From assembly GCA_964543385.1 (NCBI GenBank), contig CAZIYE010000002.1:64034-128033 (forward strand): a stretch of 64,000 nt of DNA, in the 5' to 3' direction. Under the pieces are notes generated by a model. That model saw only the letters and a list, made by a program, of their open reading frames with translations, made no database searches and was not told the DNA's origin. Position numbers and translations under genes: made by a program. How positions within the stretch are numbered: the first letter of the stretch is position 1; every line of letters begins with the position of its first letter. The stretch comes from an uncultured Candidatus Saccharibacteria bacterium (GTDB lineage: Bacteria > Patescibacteriota > UBA1384 > XYA2-FULL-43-10 > 1-14-0-10-43-13). Below are positions 30,110 to 38,746 of the stretch, one piece after another.

Positions 30110-30490
30110 TTACGGGGCGTGAATCGCCCTCATTTCCTCTTCGGTGAGGGGGATCCCTTCGCAGGAACCGGTGTAATAGTAGCACCAGTACCAACAGAGG
30201 GGGACTACTTTCGGCCCCAGCACTTGTAGTATCGGGACTTGAGCGGTTGGGGCCGGCATGGTTTCGACGGTCTCCAGAACCGGAGGAGTGTAGAATGTTT
30301 GGAACGAGGATTCCTCGATTCTATAATTCTCACTCTCCATTTGTGCGAAAAACACGCCGAAGGTTCCTTCGCAGGTCATTGTCTGCGATGTAGCAGTTTC
30401 GACGGCTTCTGCCGTCTCTGCTGCCGTGCAGGCAATAGCTGCAAGAACAAACATCGCTGCCATAAAGGCGAGCTGAATCAACTTCCGCAT
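30110..30490 (-). CDS. small secreted Cys-rich protein (126 aa), GC-rich
   Basis: Strong SD (AAGGAGGAACCCCT-ATG). Signal peptide MRKLIQLAFMAAMFVLAAIACTAAETAEA. Cys-rich C-terminus (VPLCWYWCYYYTGSCEG). A compound hairpin terminator follows at about 30038-30090. Confidence 0.5.
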   Translation of the reverse strand: MRKLIQLAFMAAMFVLAAIACTAAETAEAVETATSQTMTCEGTFGVFFAQMESENYRIEESSFQTFYTPPVLETVETMPAPTAQVPILQVLGPKVVPLCWYWCYYYTGSCEGIPLTEEEMRAIHAP

Positions 30491-30595
30491 AGGGGTTCCT
30501 CCTTTGTGAGACGGAAGTGCAGCAGTGTAGCTGCGTTGATCAGTATTATATAAGCATTGTTGGCATATGTCAAGTTAAAAATTGGTTTTATATTT

Positions 30596-30985
30596 AAAAC
30601 ACCCCGACAAAAGTCGAGGTGTTACCCCACTGGTTGCCCAGTGAAAGGGCCATATTGTGGGGATAGACTAAAAGTAGATTATAAGCCGGGTTCTGTCAAG
30701 GATGACAATCTATCTAAGCATGGAGACCTTGCATATCCTTCGAGCAGAAGTTGATATGATCGGTCCACTCCACTTGCACCAAACGAGGCTTGCCACGGAC
30801 GCATGTTGCCATACGAACGCGTGAGCTCTTACCTCACGATTTCAACCTTACCGGTTGTAAACAACTTAGGCGGTATATTTTCTGTTGCGCTATTCTCGAA
30901 CCTCACGGCCCGCTCATTTTCACGAGCGTTTTGCTCTATGGTGCCCGGACTTTCCTCCCCGCGTATGTGGGGCTGTCATCACATC
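30596..30985 (-). ncRNA. rnpB: RNase P RNA, bacterial type A
   Basis: Minus strand carries GGGGAGGAAAGTCCGGGCACC (CR-I), GTGAGGTAAGAGCTCAC, TAGAT, and ACAGAACCCGGCTTAT (CR-V, exact match to the consensus). A 3' terminator hairpin (ACCTCGACTTTTGTCGGGGTG + TTTT) follows. GC-rich against the AT-rich genome, as expected for a structural RNA. End coordinates are approximate. Confidence 0.85.
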
Positions 30986-31086
30986 CACTTTTAGCATAAT
31001 AATTATAAATAAAAATGCTATTTTTGTCAACAGATTTGAGCTAGATGCATGATTTGGATATAATGATAGAAATAAATGGAGAAAAA

Positions 31087-31464
31087 ATGAAAAAAAGTAC
31101 AGCGGACATATTAGCGGCTTTATCAGTATTATTAATTATTATTGCCTTCGGTGTATGGTATTTCAGATTTGAGGAAGGTTGGAGTGCTATCGACTCTTTC
31201 TACTTTACTGTTATGACTATGACGTCGGTAGGGTATGGCGATTTTGTACCCACGCACAATGCATCAAAAATTGTTACTGCTTTTTATGCTATGGTTAGTA
31301 TTCCTCTAGTTATTTTCTCTCTGGGGGTAATCGCCAAAAGCTACTTTGAAAAAAGAATTGGCAATATCGAACAGAGAATGTCTGAGATATTAACGAGGGA
31401 AAAGCTATTAGAAGAAGATGTTGAAGAAGCAATCGATGATGGCAAGAAGAGCGAAAAAAAATAA
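31087..31464 (+). CDS. two-TM potassium channel (KcsA-like)
   Basis: Selectivity filter TSVGYGD lies between two TM helices. Start set at MKKST (31087) with GGAG 7 nt upstream; the track starts at 31045. Confidence 0.75.
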   Translation: MKKSTADILAALSVLLIIIAFGVWYFRFEEGWSAIDSFYFTVMTMTSVGYGDFVPTHNASKIVTAFYAMVSIPLVIFSLGVIAKSYFEKRIGNIEQRMSEILTREKLLEEDVEEAIDDGKKSEKK

Positions 31465-31520
31465 ATATCATATAATTTAATATTAACTTCGTCTAAATAA
31501 TATTTAATAAAAAGGATTTT

Positions 31521-32078
31521 ATGGAAACGCCAAAAAACATTGTGCGAGCCATCGCTGGAGAAAGTATGGCGAGAAATAAATATACCTTCTTTGCCTCACA
31601 GGCCAAAAAAGAGGGCTATGAACAAATATCAGCAATTTTTCTAGAAACGGCTGATAACGAGAAGGAACATGCTAAAAGGTTGATGAAATTATTAGATGGC
31701 CCAACAGAATCATCTTTGGACAGCTTCGATTTTCCTGTAGTTAAAGGTACTGTAGAAAATCTGGCCGCCGCTGCTGCAGGTGAGAAATATGAAAATACCG
31801 TAATGTATCCTGAGTTTGCCAAAGTTGCGAAAGAAGAAGGATACGACGAAGCCGCAAAGATATTTACTGAAATCGGCGAAGTCGAAGAACATCATGAGGG
31901 TCGTTATTTGAAGCTAAAAGAAAATATAGAAAAGGGGATCGTATTCAAAAGAGACACAGAGGTTTCATGGCGTTGTCGAAATTGTGGCTATGTCCATAAA
32001 GGAACGGACGCTCCGCATATTTGTCCGGCCTGCGCTCACCCACAAGCTCATTACGAGCTTCTCTCTGAAAATTACTAA
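31521..32078 (+). CDS. rubrerythrin
   Basis: Ferritin-like diiron domain followed by a C-terminal rubredoxin-like domain (CRNCGY...CPAC). Confidence 0.9.
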   Translation: METPKNIVRAIAGESMARNKYTFFASQAKKEGYEQISAIFLETADNEKEHAKRLMKLLDGPTESSLDSFDFPVVKGTVENLAAAAAGEKYENTVMYPEFAKVAKEEGYDEAAKIFTEIGEVEEHHEGRYLKLKENIEKGIVFKRDTEVSWRCRNCGYVHKGTDAPHICPACAHPQAHYELLSENY

Positions 32079-32086
32079 ACAATTAA

Positions 32087-32116
32087 TAAAGACCTGCCGA
32101 TGGCAGGTCTTTATTA
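32087..32116. terminator. bidirectional terminator between rubrerythrin and the hydrogenase-like gene
   Basis: aaagacctgcc gatg ggcaggtcttt is a perfect hairpin. Confidence 0.65.
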
Positions 32117-32138
32117 ATATATGGCTAGATCAAATTTT

Positions 32139-32987
32139 CTAGTAACTTGCATCAAAATTAATGTCTTTTTCCAGATCAACATTCCCATTATTCTTTTTTT
32201 CTTTTTCTGCCAACTGACGGTAATCCATTATCCGTCTCTCTTTCTCTTCTCTAGGTAGTTTAGTATTGGCCAAGGCAGGCCCGCCGATACATCCTCCTGG
32301 ACAATTCAAGATATCAAAAAAACGATACTGAGTTGTGCCTGATTTTATTTCATCAAAATGCTTGAATAGATTTTTTGGTTCATCTGTTATGCATATCTCC
32401 GAATCTTTAAAAAAATTCTTCAATAATGCGGTTTGGGCTAAGCCTCCAGAAATTGGATATATTTTTGTGTCTTCCTCATAGAAAGAGTCAAATTGGTAAT
32501 CTTTACCAGATTCCAATATTTTTTTTTCTTCAAGAACTTGTGCCAATTCCTTGAATGTTATAACAAGATTTATTATGTCTTTGTAGAGTGGTGCTTCTAG
32601 TGCTTGTTTTGCCAAACAGGGTGAAACGAACACAATATTGTGGCTAGAATAATATTTTCTAAGTATCTTTGCCATTGCTGCCATTGGAGAAACATGAGGA
32701 ACAAGATATTGGACTAGTTCTGGGTATCTGGACTTAACCAATGATACGCAGGTAGGGCAGGGAGATGTTATATAATATTTTTGATCCGGATGGCTTTTTA
32801 CATATTCCACATAAGAATAATTTACCATTCTGGCGCCAAAGGTCAGTTCGCATACCTTGTCAAATCCCAGCTTTTTAAGAGCTCCAATTATTTGAGGATA
32901 CTCAAAATCAATCGGGAAACTTGGGGCAAGCATACAGATGGAGGGTTTCTTTAGCAGTTCCAATAGTTCTAATTGTCTGGGATTCAT
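32139..32987 (-). CDS. compact [FeFe]-hydrogenase-like protein (H-cluster domain only, variant L1 motif)
   Basis: 282 aa. MLAPSFPIDFEYPQIIGALKKLGFDKVCELTFGA aligns to the start of the H-domain. L1-like ITSPCPTC stands where TSCCP is expected. L2-like SPCLAKQALE stands where MPCxxKxxE is expected. L3-like LNCPGGCIGGP stands where MACxGGCxxGGG is expected. No N-terminal ferredoxin-like domain. Confidence 0.55.
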   Translation of the reverse strand: MNPRQLELLELLKKPSICMLAPSFPIDFEYPQIIGALKKLGFDKVCELTFGARMVNYSYVEYVKSHPDQKYYITSPCPTCVSLVKSRYPELVQYLVPHVSPMAAMAKILRKYYSSHNIVFVSPCLAKQALEAPLYKDIINLVITFKELAQVLEEKKILESGKDYQFDSFYEEDTKIYPISGGLAQTALLKNFFKDSEICITDEPKNLFKHFDEIKSGTTQYRFFDILNCPGGCIGGPALANTKLPREEKERRIMDYRQLAEKEKKNNGNVDLEKDINFDASY

Positions 32988-33088
32988 TTTTGTTTTGTAA
33001 TTTAATTATTATAATTAAATTTTACACAAATCATGTCAATAACAAAAGCCCCTTTTGGGGCTTTTGTTAGATAATCTATATAGTATCC

Positions 33089-33325
33089 TTACTTCTCTGA
33101 CTTTTTTCCTTCGTCTATCAGCTCTTTTACTCTCTGTCCACCCTTATGGCCGATTTCCTGATAGAAGTTTGGACCATATTTATCGCTTGTGGCCTGTCCA
33201 CCTTTTTGTCCACCCTTATGGCCGATTTCCTGATAGAATTCTCTGCCATGAGTTTGACTGGTTTTGCTCCCGCCCTTGCGTCCTGCCTCTTGGACTGTCA
33301 TGCCACTATTTTTTTTCATTGCCAT
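33089..33325 (-). CDS. KGG-repeat stress-induced protein
   Basis: 78 aa with repeated (E/Q)FYQEIGHKGGQ units and an ...EGKKSEK tail. Confidence 0.6.
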   Translation of the reverse strand: MAMKKNSGMTVQEAGRKGGSKTSQTHGREFYQEIGHKGGQKGGQATSDKYGPNFYQEIGHKGGQRVKELIDEGKKSEK

Positions 33326-33353
33326 CTAAACATCCTTTCAAATTTTTATCCGT

Positions 33354-33518
33354 CTATCTTCTCTCTGTGGATTTACCTCGATTGATAAGATCTCTAACTT
33401 TTTGTCCACCCTTATGGCCGATTTCCTGATAGAATTCTCTGCCATGAGTTTGACTGGTTTTGCTCCCGCCCTTGCGTCCTGCCTCTTGCACGGACATTTG
33501 ACCTTTTGGCTCTTTCAT
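33354..33518 (-). CDS. KGG-repeat stress-induced protein (54 aa, short paralog)
   Basis: Hand-translated: MKEPKGQMSVQEAGRKGGSKTSQTHGREFYQEIGHKGGQKVRDLINRGKSTERR. It shares a perfect 91-bp segment with the neighbouring gene. Confidence 0.5.
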   Translation of the reverse strand: MKEPKGQMSVQEAGRKGGSKTSQTHGREFYQEIGHKGGQKVRDLINRGKSTERR

Positions 33519-33581
33519 TGTGTTCCTTTAAAATTATTATTGTGAAATTTGATAATCAAAATTTAACAAATCTGCAAAGTG

Positions 33582-33812
33582 CTATTTCTCGCTTTCCTTG
33601 CCTTCATTGATTAATTCGCGGACCCTTTGTCCTCCTTTGTGGCCGATCTGCTCATAAAACTCGGGGCCATGTTCACGGCTAGTGGTTTCTCCTCCTTTGC
33701 GTCCAATCTGTTGGTAAAAATTATGATCGTGTGTTTCTTTGGTGCGCTCTCCACCTTTCCGTCCTGCATCCTGCACGGACATTTGGCCTTTTTGATTTTG
33801 CATCTCTTTCAC
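33582..33812 (-). CDS. KGG-repeat stress-induced protein
   Basis: 76 aa: MKEMQNQKGQMSVQDAGRKGGERTKETHDHNFYQQIGRKGGETTSREHGPEFYEQIGHKGGQRVRELINEGKESEK. Confidence 0.6.
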   Translation of the reverse strand: MKEMQNQKGQMSVQDAGRKGGERTKETHDHNFYQQIGRKGGETTSREHGPEFYEQIGHKGGQRVRELINEGKESEK

Positions 33813-34006
33813 CTCCCTTCGAAATTTTATATTATGTTTTTACTATCAAAACTTACACTACCGGCTGCTCCTCAGCCTTTCAATGATAATCTTGCCAAAA
33901 CAATAGAGGTTAAAGCATAAGGATTTTTGCTATATATCACAGTACCTTGCTTTGGGGATGAAAAATGTTAAAATATTAAATATAGGACTATAAAATAAGG
34001 ATAAAA

Positions 34007-34627
34007 ATGAAAAGATTGTTTCTCGATATTGAAACCATTCCAGCAGATGGAGAGAAAATAGATACCCTGAAAAAACTCTGGGAGGAAATTAAAAAGAAAA
34101 ACAATAACGGTATCAAAAAAGTTGAGTCTGATTTCGAAACTTTTTTCCGCAACACCTCATTTCAAGGGGAATTCGGTCGAATATTGTGCATTGGATATGC
34201 CATTGATGATAACGATGTTGGGTGCTTAGTCGGTGACGAAAAAGAAATACTTCGGAAATTTTGGAAATTAGCTGGTGATACGAATCTGTTTGTTGGACAC
34301 AATCTAATGGAATTTGATTTAAGATTCATATATAAACGTTCGATTATTCACAATATTAGACCATCACGTGAGCTTAGCTTTGCTAGATATAGGTCGGAAC
34401 CAATTTTTGACACAATGAAAGAATGGGAAAAGTGGGGCGCGCAAGGGGTTAGTCTTCATCGTCTAACTACAGCACTCGGTATTACTTCTCCTAAAGAAGA
34501 GGGGATAGACGGATCAAAGGTTTATGACTATTTTCTTGCTGGTAAAACAGATGAAATCGCTGAATATTGCAAGAGAGATGTTGCCGCCACGAGAAGTGTC
34601 TATAAGAGAATGACTTTTCAGCAATAA
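34007..34627 (+). CDS. RNase H-like 3'-5' exonuclease (DEDD family, PolB-exonuclease-like)
   Basis: 206 aa with an N-terminal FLDIETIP (Exo I DxE motif) and a downstream acidic motif YxxxD (YCKRD). Confidence 0.55.
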   Translation: MKRLFLDIETIPADGEKIDTLKKLWEEIKKKNNNGIKKVESDFETFFRNTSFQGEFGRILCIGYAIDDNDVGCLVGDEKEILRKFWKLAGDTNLFVGHNLMEFDLRFIYKRSIIHNIRPSRELSFARYRSEPIFDTMKEWEKWGAQGVSLHRLTTALGITSPKEEGIDGSKVYDYFLAGKTDEIAEYCKRDVAATRSVYKRMTFQQ

Positions 34628-34694
34628 CTGAGGGAAATAAAGATCTCTGTACTTTCATCTTCTTCTTTATCTGGACCAGTGTTATAATTACATC

Positions 34695-35498
34695 ATGAAG
34701 AAGTTTTTTAGCTCGATTCTTATGGTTTTTGCCATCGTTAGCGCAATACTTTTTTTCGTACTCCTAAATATTTCCTTTTTCGTAAATGAGGGAAAAATAA
34801 AAAACATTTTAGAGAATGGAAACTTCTATGATAATATTGCTTTCTACATAAAAAATGAGATTGTTACAAAGTCTGATTTCAAGCTCAATGAAGGCAATAA
34901 TTTTGAGGATCTAAATCAAAATGTTAATGCTGACAAGATTAAAATAACTATCAACAATGGTCTGCATGACATTTTTTCTTCCTTGGAAAATCCCAATAAC
35001 TCGGAAAAGATTTTCCCTGTTAAATTTTCTAGCGAGAATACTGATGGTACAAAGTTCTATTTTGAGAAATATTTTAACATCCAGGATAATCCAGTTCTTG
35101 AATTGTTGTCAGAAAAAAATACAATATTATTGATCATTGGGGGATTGTCACTGCTGCTTCTACTATTCGGCATGCTATTTTTCTTGAAAAATCCAAAGGG
35201 TGGTCTAATGTACTTGGGTGTTTTTGCTCTCAGTACTACATTTGTGTTAGCAATTATAGCGATATTGTTGAAATTATTTGCTAGCGAGTATATGCAGACA
35301 TTTGCTAATAATGTCCACCTTTTTAGAGATGCGAAGCTATTGTCGATATTAAAAAGGATTTTGTCCGTGATCGTTAGCAATCAATTTTACTATTATCTGA
35401 TTGAGATAATTAGTCTATTTGTTCTTGCTATAACTTTTTTCTCCCTTCGCAGAATGATAGTCAGAGAAGATCTGCAAGAGATTGACAAGAAAATATAG
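34695..35498 (+). CDS. hypothetical membrane protein
   Basis: 267 aa with an N-terminal TM helix, a central soluble region and C-terminal TM helices. Confidence 0.4.
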   Translation: MKKFFSSILMVFAIVSAILFFVLLNISFFVNEGKIKNILENGNFYDNIAFYIKNEIVTKSDFKLNEGNNFEDLNQNVNADKIKITINNGLHDIFSSLENPNNSEKIFPVKFSSENTDGTKFYFEKYFNIQDNPVLELLSEKNTILLIIGGLSLLLLLFGMLFFLKNPKGGLMYLGVFALSTTFVLAIIAILLKLFASEYMQTFANNVHLFRDAKLLSILKRILSVIVSNQFYYYLIEIISLFVLAITFFSLRRMIVREDLQEIDKKI

Positions 35499-35511
35499 TT
35501 TGTTGGTAAAA

Positions 35512-35979
35512 TTAACTAGTTCCTATTTTGGACAAAAGCCAGTTTCTTGAATCTTCTAGAATTTGTCTAGTTTCCTTGTAGGTGATCTTTTCAAGTGCAT
35601 TCTCATATGTTAGCCATTTGGCATCAGTAATTTCTTTCCCATCAATTTTGATCTCAAGGTTCTCGCAAAAACAAGGGAAAAATTTGACAGTTTTATCTAC
35701 CATTGTGCCGTGGTCATTCCAGCTATATTTTTCTATGAAATAAGTATCGGTAATTATCTTGAGAGGTCTTATCCCGGTCTCTTCGTAAAGTTCTCTTTCT
35801 GCTGTTTCAATTTCTGTTTCGCCAACCTCGGGATGTCCCTTTGGAAAGCTCCAAAATTGTCCATATTGTTCTATCAACAAAAAATAGATAGTACTTGGAT
35901 CTTTATATTTTTGAAATATTGGCACAACGCCGTAAGAGAAATCCTTCATATTAGTGGAGGACCTCGCCTTCGCCGTCAT
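35512..35979 (-). CDS. Nudix hydrolase
   Basis: Nudix box GHPEVGETEIETAERELYEETGI. Overlaps the upstream histidine kinase gene by 29 nt on the same strand. Confidence 0.8.
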   Translation of the reverse strand: MTAKARSSTNMKDFSYGVVPIFQKYKDPSTIYFLLIEQYGQFWSFPKGHPEVGETEIETAERELYEETGIRPLKIITDTYFIEKYSWNDHGTMVDKTVKFFPCFCENLEIKIDGKEITDAKWLTYENALEKITYKETRQILEDSRNWLLSKIGTS

Positions 35980-37600
35980 GGGCGTCGTAAGGCTTTTTAC
36001 TTAGAATTGGCATCGAGAAAAAGAAGGTTGTGCCTTTGTCAGCGCCATCGGAGTGAAACCAAATTTTACCTTTTTGCAATTCAACAAATTTCTTAGATAT
36101 ATACATGCCAAGTCCGGTGCCCTTGACTTCGTCTTTAAGCACATCTACCTGAGTGAATTTCTCAAAGACTGCCTGCTGGCGATCTTTTGGTATTCCCTTG
36201 CCATTATCCTCAACCGATATAACGATTTTTTGATCATCGTTCATAACTCTGACGACTATTTTGCCGCCATCGGGAGTGTATTTTATCGAGTTTCCGATGA
36301 CATTAATAAGTACTTCAGTAATACGAGTAACGTCAAACCAAGTAGGTGGCATTTTGTGCTTAGGCTCTTCGAAAGTCAGTGTATGTTTGGCTTCTCGTGC
36401 CTTCGACATCACTTCAGTGATTGCTTGACTTATAACATCCTCGACAGGCTTTTGTTCCCAGATGATATGGATTCGTCCAGACTCAATCCTGGAGACATTT
36501 AGGAGGTCTTTTACCATATTTGCAAGCCTTGTAGCGGATTGAAATACGCTATCGAGGTAAGTGCGAGCTTTATCAGGGATCTTGCCACCAAGACCCTCGA
36601 TCAAAATCATAGAAAGGTAACCCTTGATCGCAGCGATAGGGGTATTGAGTTCATGCGATGCCATGGACAAAAAGTCATCTTTCAATTTATCCACTTCCTT
36701 TAGATGATCATTGGCAGTCTCAAGATCTTTGGCAAGTTTTTGAATTTGTTCTCGACGTTTTATTTCCTGCTTGACAGACTTAATAAGTAAATATCCACCA
36801 ATGGAAACCAAACAAAAGATTGTTGCATTGATCAAAAATTGGTTAAACGTTTTCGATAATATAGTTTGAGTTCCTATGGCAATAATTACGATTATAGCAC
36901 TGGCTTCTGTTAAAATTACTTTTATATCAAAAAGTCCCTTTGCTACCATTGCATAGGTTGTGAATCCAACAAATGGTAGAACGAAATATGTGCCGAGGTA
37001 TACAAAATTATCGAGCTTAAATACCAAAACGAGTATGAGATTAAAGAATATCATTAAAAAGAACATTGATGAAACTCCAGTAAAGATAAATTTTATTTGT
37101 TCTCTTATAAAACCTTCGGCCTTTAGAAATTTTTTTATTAATAAATAAAATCCTGTTCCTATAGAACCAACTGCAGTAACTAGAAACAGTAACATGCCAG
37201 GGCCAACTTTTGGGCTTCTAGTATTGTTCACGGCATCGATTTCAACTCCAGGGAAGAATATAGGGGACATCACAACCGCAATAGTTGCAACAACTACGAT
37301 GGAATAAATAAAATAAAATTTACGTTTAAATGGCAGTTTTCCCTCTGGGAAAGCTTGAGCAAATAGAAAGAAAAAAACGGACTGAAGTACAGCGAAAACC
37401 ATTACTAATCGCATGAGAATTAAAATAGTATTATAATCTTGGGCAAGCACAGAAAAATAATTTGAAACAGACCATAAAACTAGTGAAAGGGTCAAGTAAA
37501 AAAATAAAGTTCTTAGGGTTTTGTTTTTGGACTTTGTTAATGCAATTATGCCCAGGACTAGATTTAGGGCTGCACCCAGAATAAGTATCAGCGCGTTCAT
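35951..37600 (-). CDS. membrane sensor histidine kinase (polytopic N-terminal sensor + HisKA + HATPase_c)
   Basis: 549 aa with about 8 N-terminal TM helices, a coiled-coil linker, H-box SHELNTPIAAIKGY and G-boxes DNGKGIP and GTGLGMYISKKF. Confidence 0.8.
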   Translation of the reverse strand: MNALILILGAALNLVLGIIALTKSKNKTLRTLFFYLTLSLVLWSVSNYFSVLAQDYNTILILMRLVMVFAVLQSVFFFLFAQAFPEGKLPFKRKFYFIYSIVVVATIAVVMSPIFFPGVEIDAVNNTRSPKVGPGMLLFLVTAVGSIGTGFYLLIKKFLKAEGFIREQIKFIFTGVSSMFFLMIFFNLILVLVFKLDNFVYLGTYFVLPFVGFTTYAMVAKGLFDIKVILTEASAIIVIIAIGTQTILSKTFNQFLINATIFCLVSIGGYLLIKSVKQEIKRREQIQKLAKDLETANDHLKEVDKLKDDFLSMASHELNTPIAAIKGYLSMILIEGLGGKIPDKARTYLDSVFQSATRLANMVKDLLNVSRIESGRIHIIWEQKPVEDVISQAITEVMSKAREAKHTLTFEEPKHKMPPTWFDVTRITEVLINVIGNSIKYTPDGGKIVVRVMNDDQKIVISVEDNGKGIPKDRQQAVFEKFTQVDVLKDEVKGTGLGMYISKKFVELQKGKIWFHSDGADKGTTFFFSMPILSKKPYDAHDGEGEVLH

Positions 37601-37627
37601 TTCCCTCCTATGATTAGCAATCAGATA

Positions 37628-38746
37628 TTATTTTAATTTACTCAAAAATTCTTTGGTATGATCAGCTCTTTTCTTTACGGAATCGTCTGAATAATAGTTT
37701 GGTATTAAAGCGCCATCTATAGAAACATGTAATCTTCCGTCCATAATAGGATTGTTCATGGCTATATTTCTAATAATATATGAGCCTACTGATCCTGCTA
37801 ACATTGATGCTGTAGATAGCTGGGGCCATGTCTTTATTGTTTTGCCCACCTCGAGTAATGAGTCTTGCATACGGCTGACGGCGTTTTGGGGTTGAACAAT
37901 TTTTAGAGATAGAGTTACGCGGTCCTGCGGCGATAGTTTGCCATGACTATTTTTGATAAGTTTGATGTCTTCTTCTGATATTAAGCCGTGGAAAGGTTTC
38001 AAGCTAGATTTCAAGTCATATCTTTCTATGTCAACCATAACATTATCACCATTATCGGTAATCATTATTAAAGGTATTTTTTTATCTTTAGCTATTAGGC
38101 GCATATGAAGCTTCAGATGCAGGCTGTCTATCTCGTCAAAAACTATATCAGAATCTTTTACAAATTCATCAATATTGTCTTCACTTATACCATCAGAGAA
38201 AATTTGAACATTTATATACGGATTTATCTCATAAATTCTTCTTGCTAGAGCGATGGTTTTCTTTATATTAACGGATAGTAGCTCTGTTACAATTCGATTC
38301 ATATTCGATGTGGAAATTGAATCACCATCAGCAATCTTAATGTTTTTGCATCCGCCTTGCATAACAGTAGCTAATACAATATTACTGCCAACGCTTAGGC
38401 CGGCAACTGCAAGATTTGTATTCCGATATTTATCTTGTTCGGCGTGGTTTATTAAATATTTGTTGCGCGATGTTAGAAGAGTATAAAAGTCATTCTCTTC
38501 TAATGCCCTTATGACTGTTTTTCTCCATGGATAGACCACCAATGTCCCCAAGGTCTCTTGTTTAAACTCTGACAATGTCAATTGTAGGTCAGCTTCTTTG
38601 CCTATACATGTCAGTTCAACCAATTCTTCAGCTTGGCACTCAAATATGTCGCTATAAACATATCCTTCGGAATTGAGTTTCAGCAAAATACTATCAAGCT
38701 CTTCTTTTGAGAAAAAATTAATTATATCTGGTTTAAATTGATCCAT
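37628..38746 (-). CDS. ThiF/MoeB/E1-like adenylyltransferase family protein
   Basis: 372 aa with an E1 Rossmann core (NLAVAGLSVGSNIVLATVMQGG...IADGDSISTSNMNRI, cf. the E1 D.D....NL.RQ motif). Flanked by N- and C-terminal extensions. Confidence 0.6.
   Translation of the reverse strand: MDQFKPDIINFFSKEELDSILLKLNSEGYVYSDIFECQAEELVELTCIGKEADLQLTLSEFKQETLGTLVVYPWRKTVIRALEENDFYTLLTSRNKYLINHAEQDKYRNTNLAVAGLSVGSNIVLATVMQGGCKNIKIADGDSISTSNMNRIVTELLSVNIKKTIALARRIYEINPYINVQIFSDGISEDNIDEFVKDSDIVFDEIDSLHLKLHMRLIAKDKKIPLIMITDNGDNVMVDIERYDLKSSLKPFHGLISEEDIKLIKNSHGKLSPQDRVTLSLKIVQPQNAVSRMQDSLLEVGKTIKTWPQLSTASMLAGSVGSYIIRNIAMNNPIMDGRLHVSIDGALIPNYYSDDSVKKRADHTKEFLSKLK

Noticed and set aside
30239-30553. 104-aa plus-strand Cys/Arg-rich ORF
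   Set aside because: It is antisense to the better-supported minus-strand secreted Cys-rich gene, which has a strong SD and signal peptide. It is a GC-rich antisense artefact.
30557-30999. Three plus-strand ORFs (65-69 aa) in the GC-rich block
   Set aside because: They lie entirely within the minus-strand RNase P RNA gene (conserved GGAAAGTCCGGGC and ACAGAACCCGGCTTAT boxes). They are artefacts of GC-rich structural RNA.
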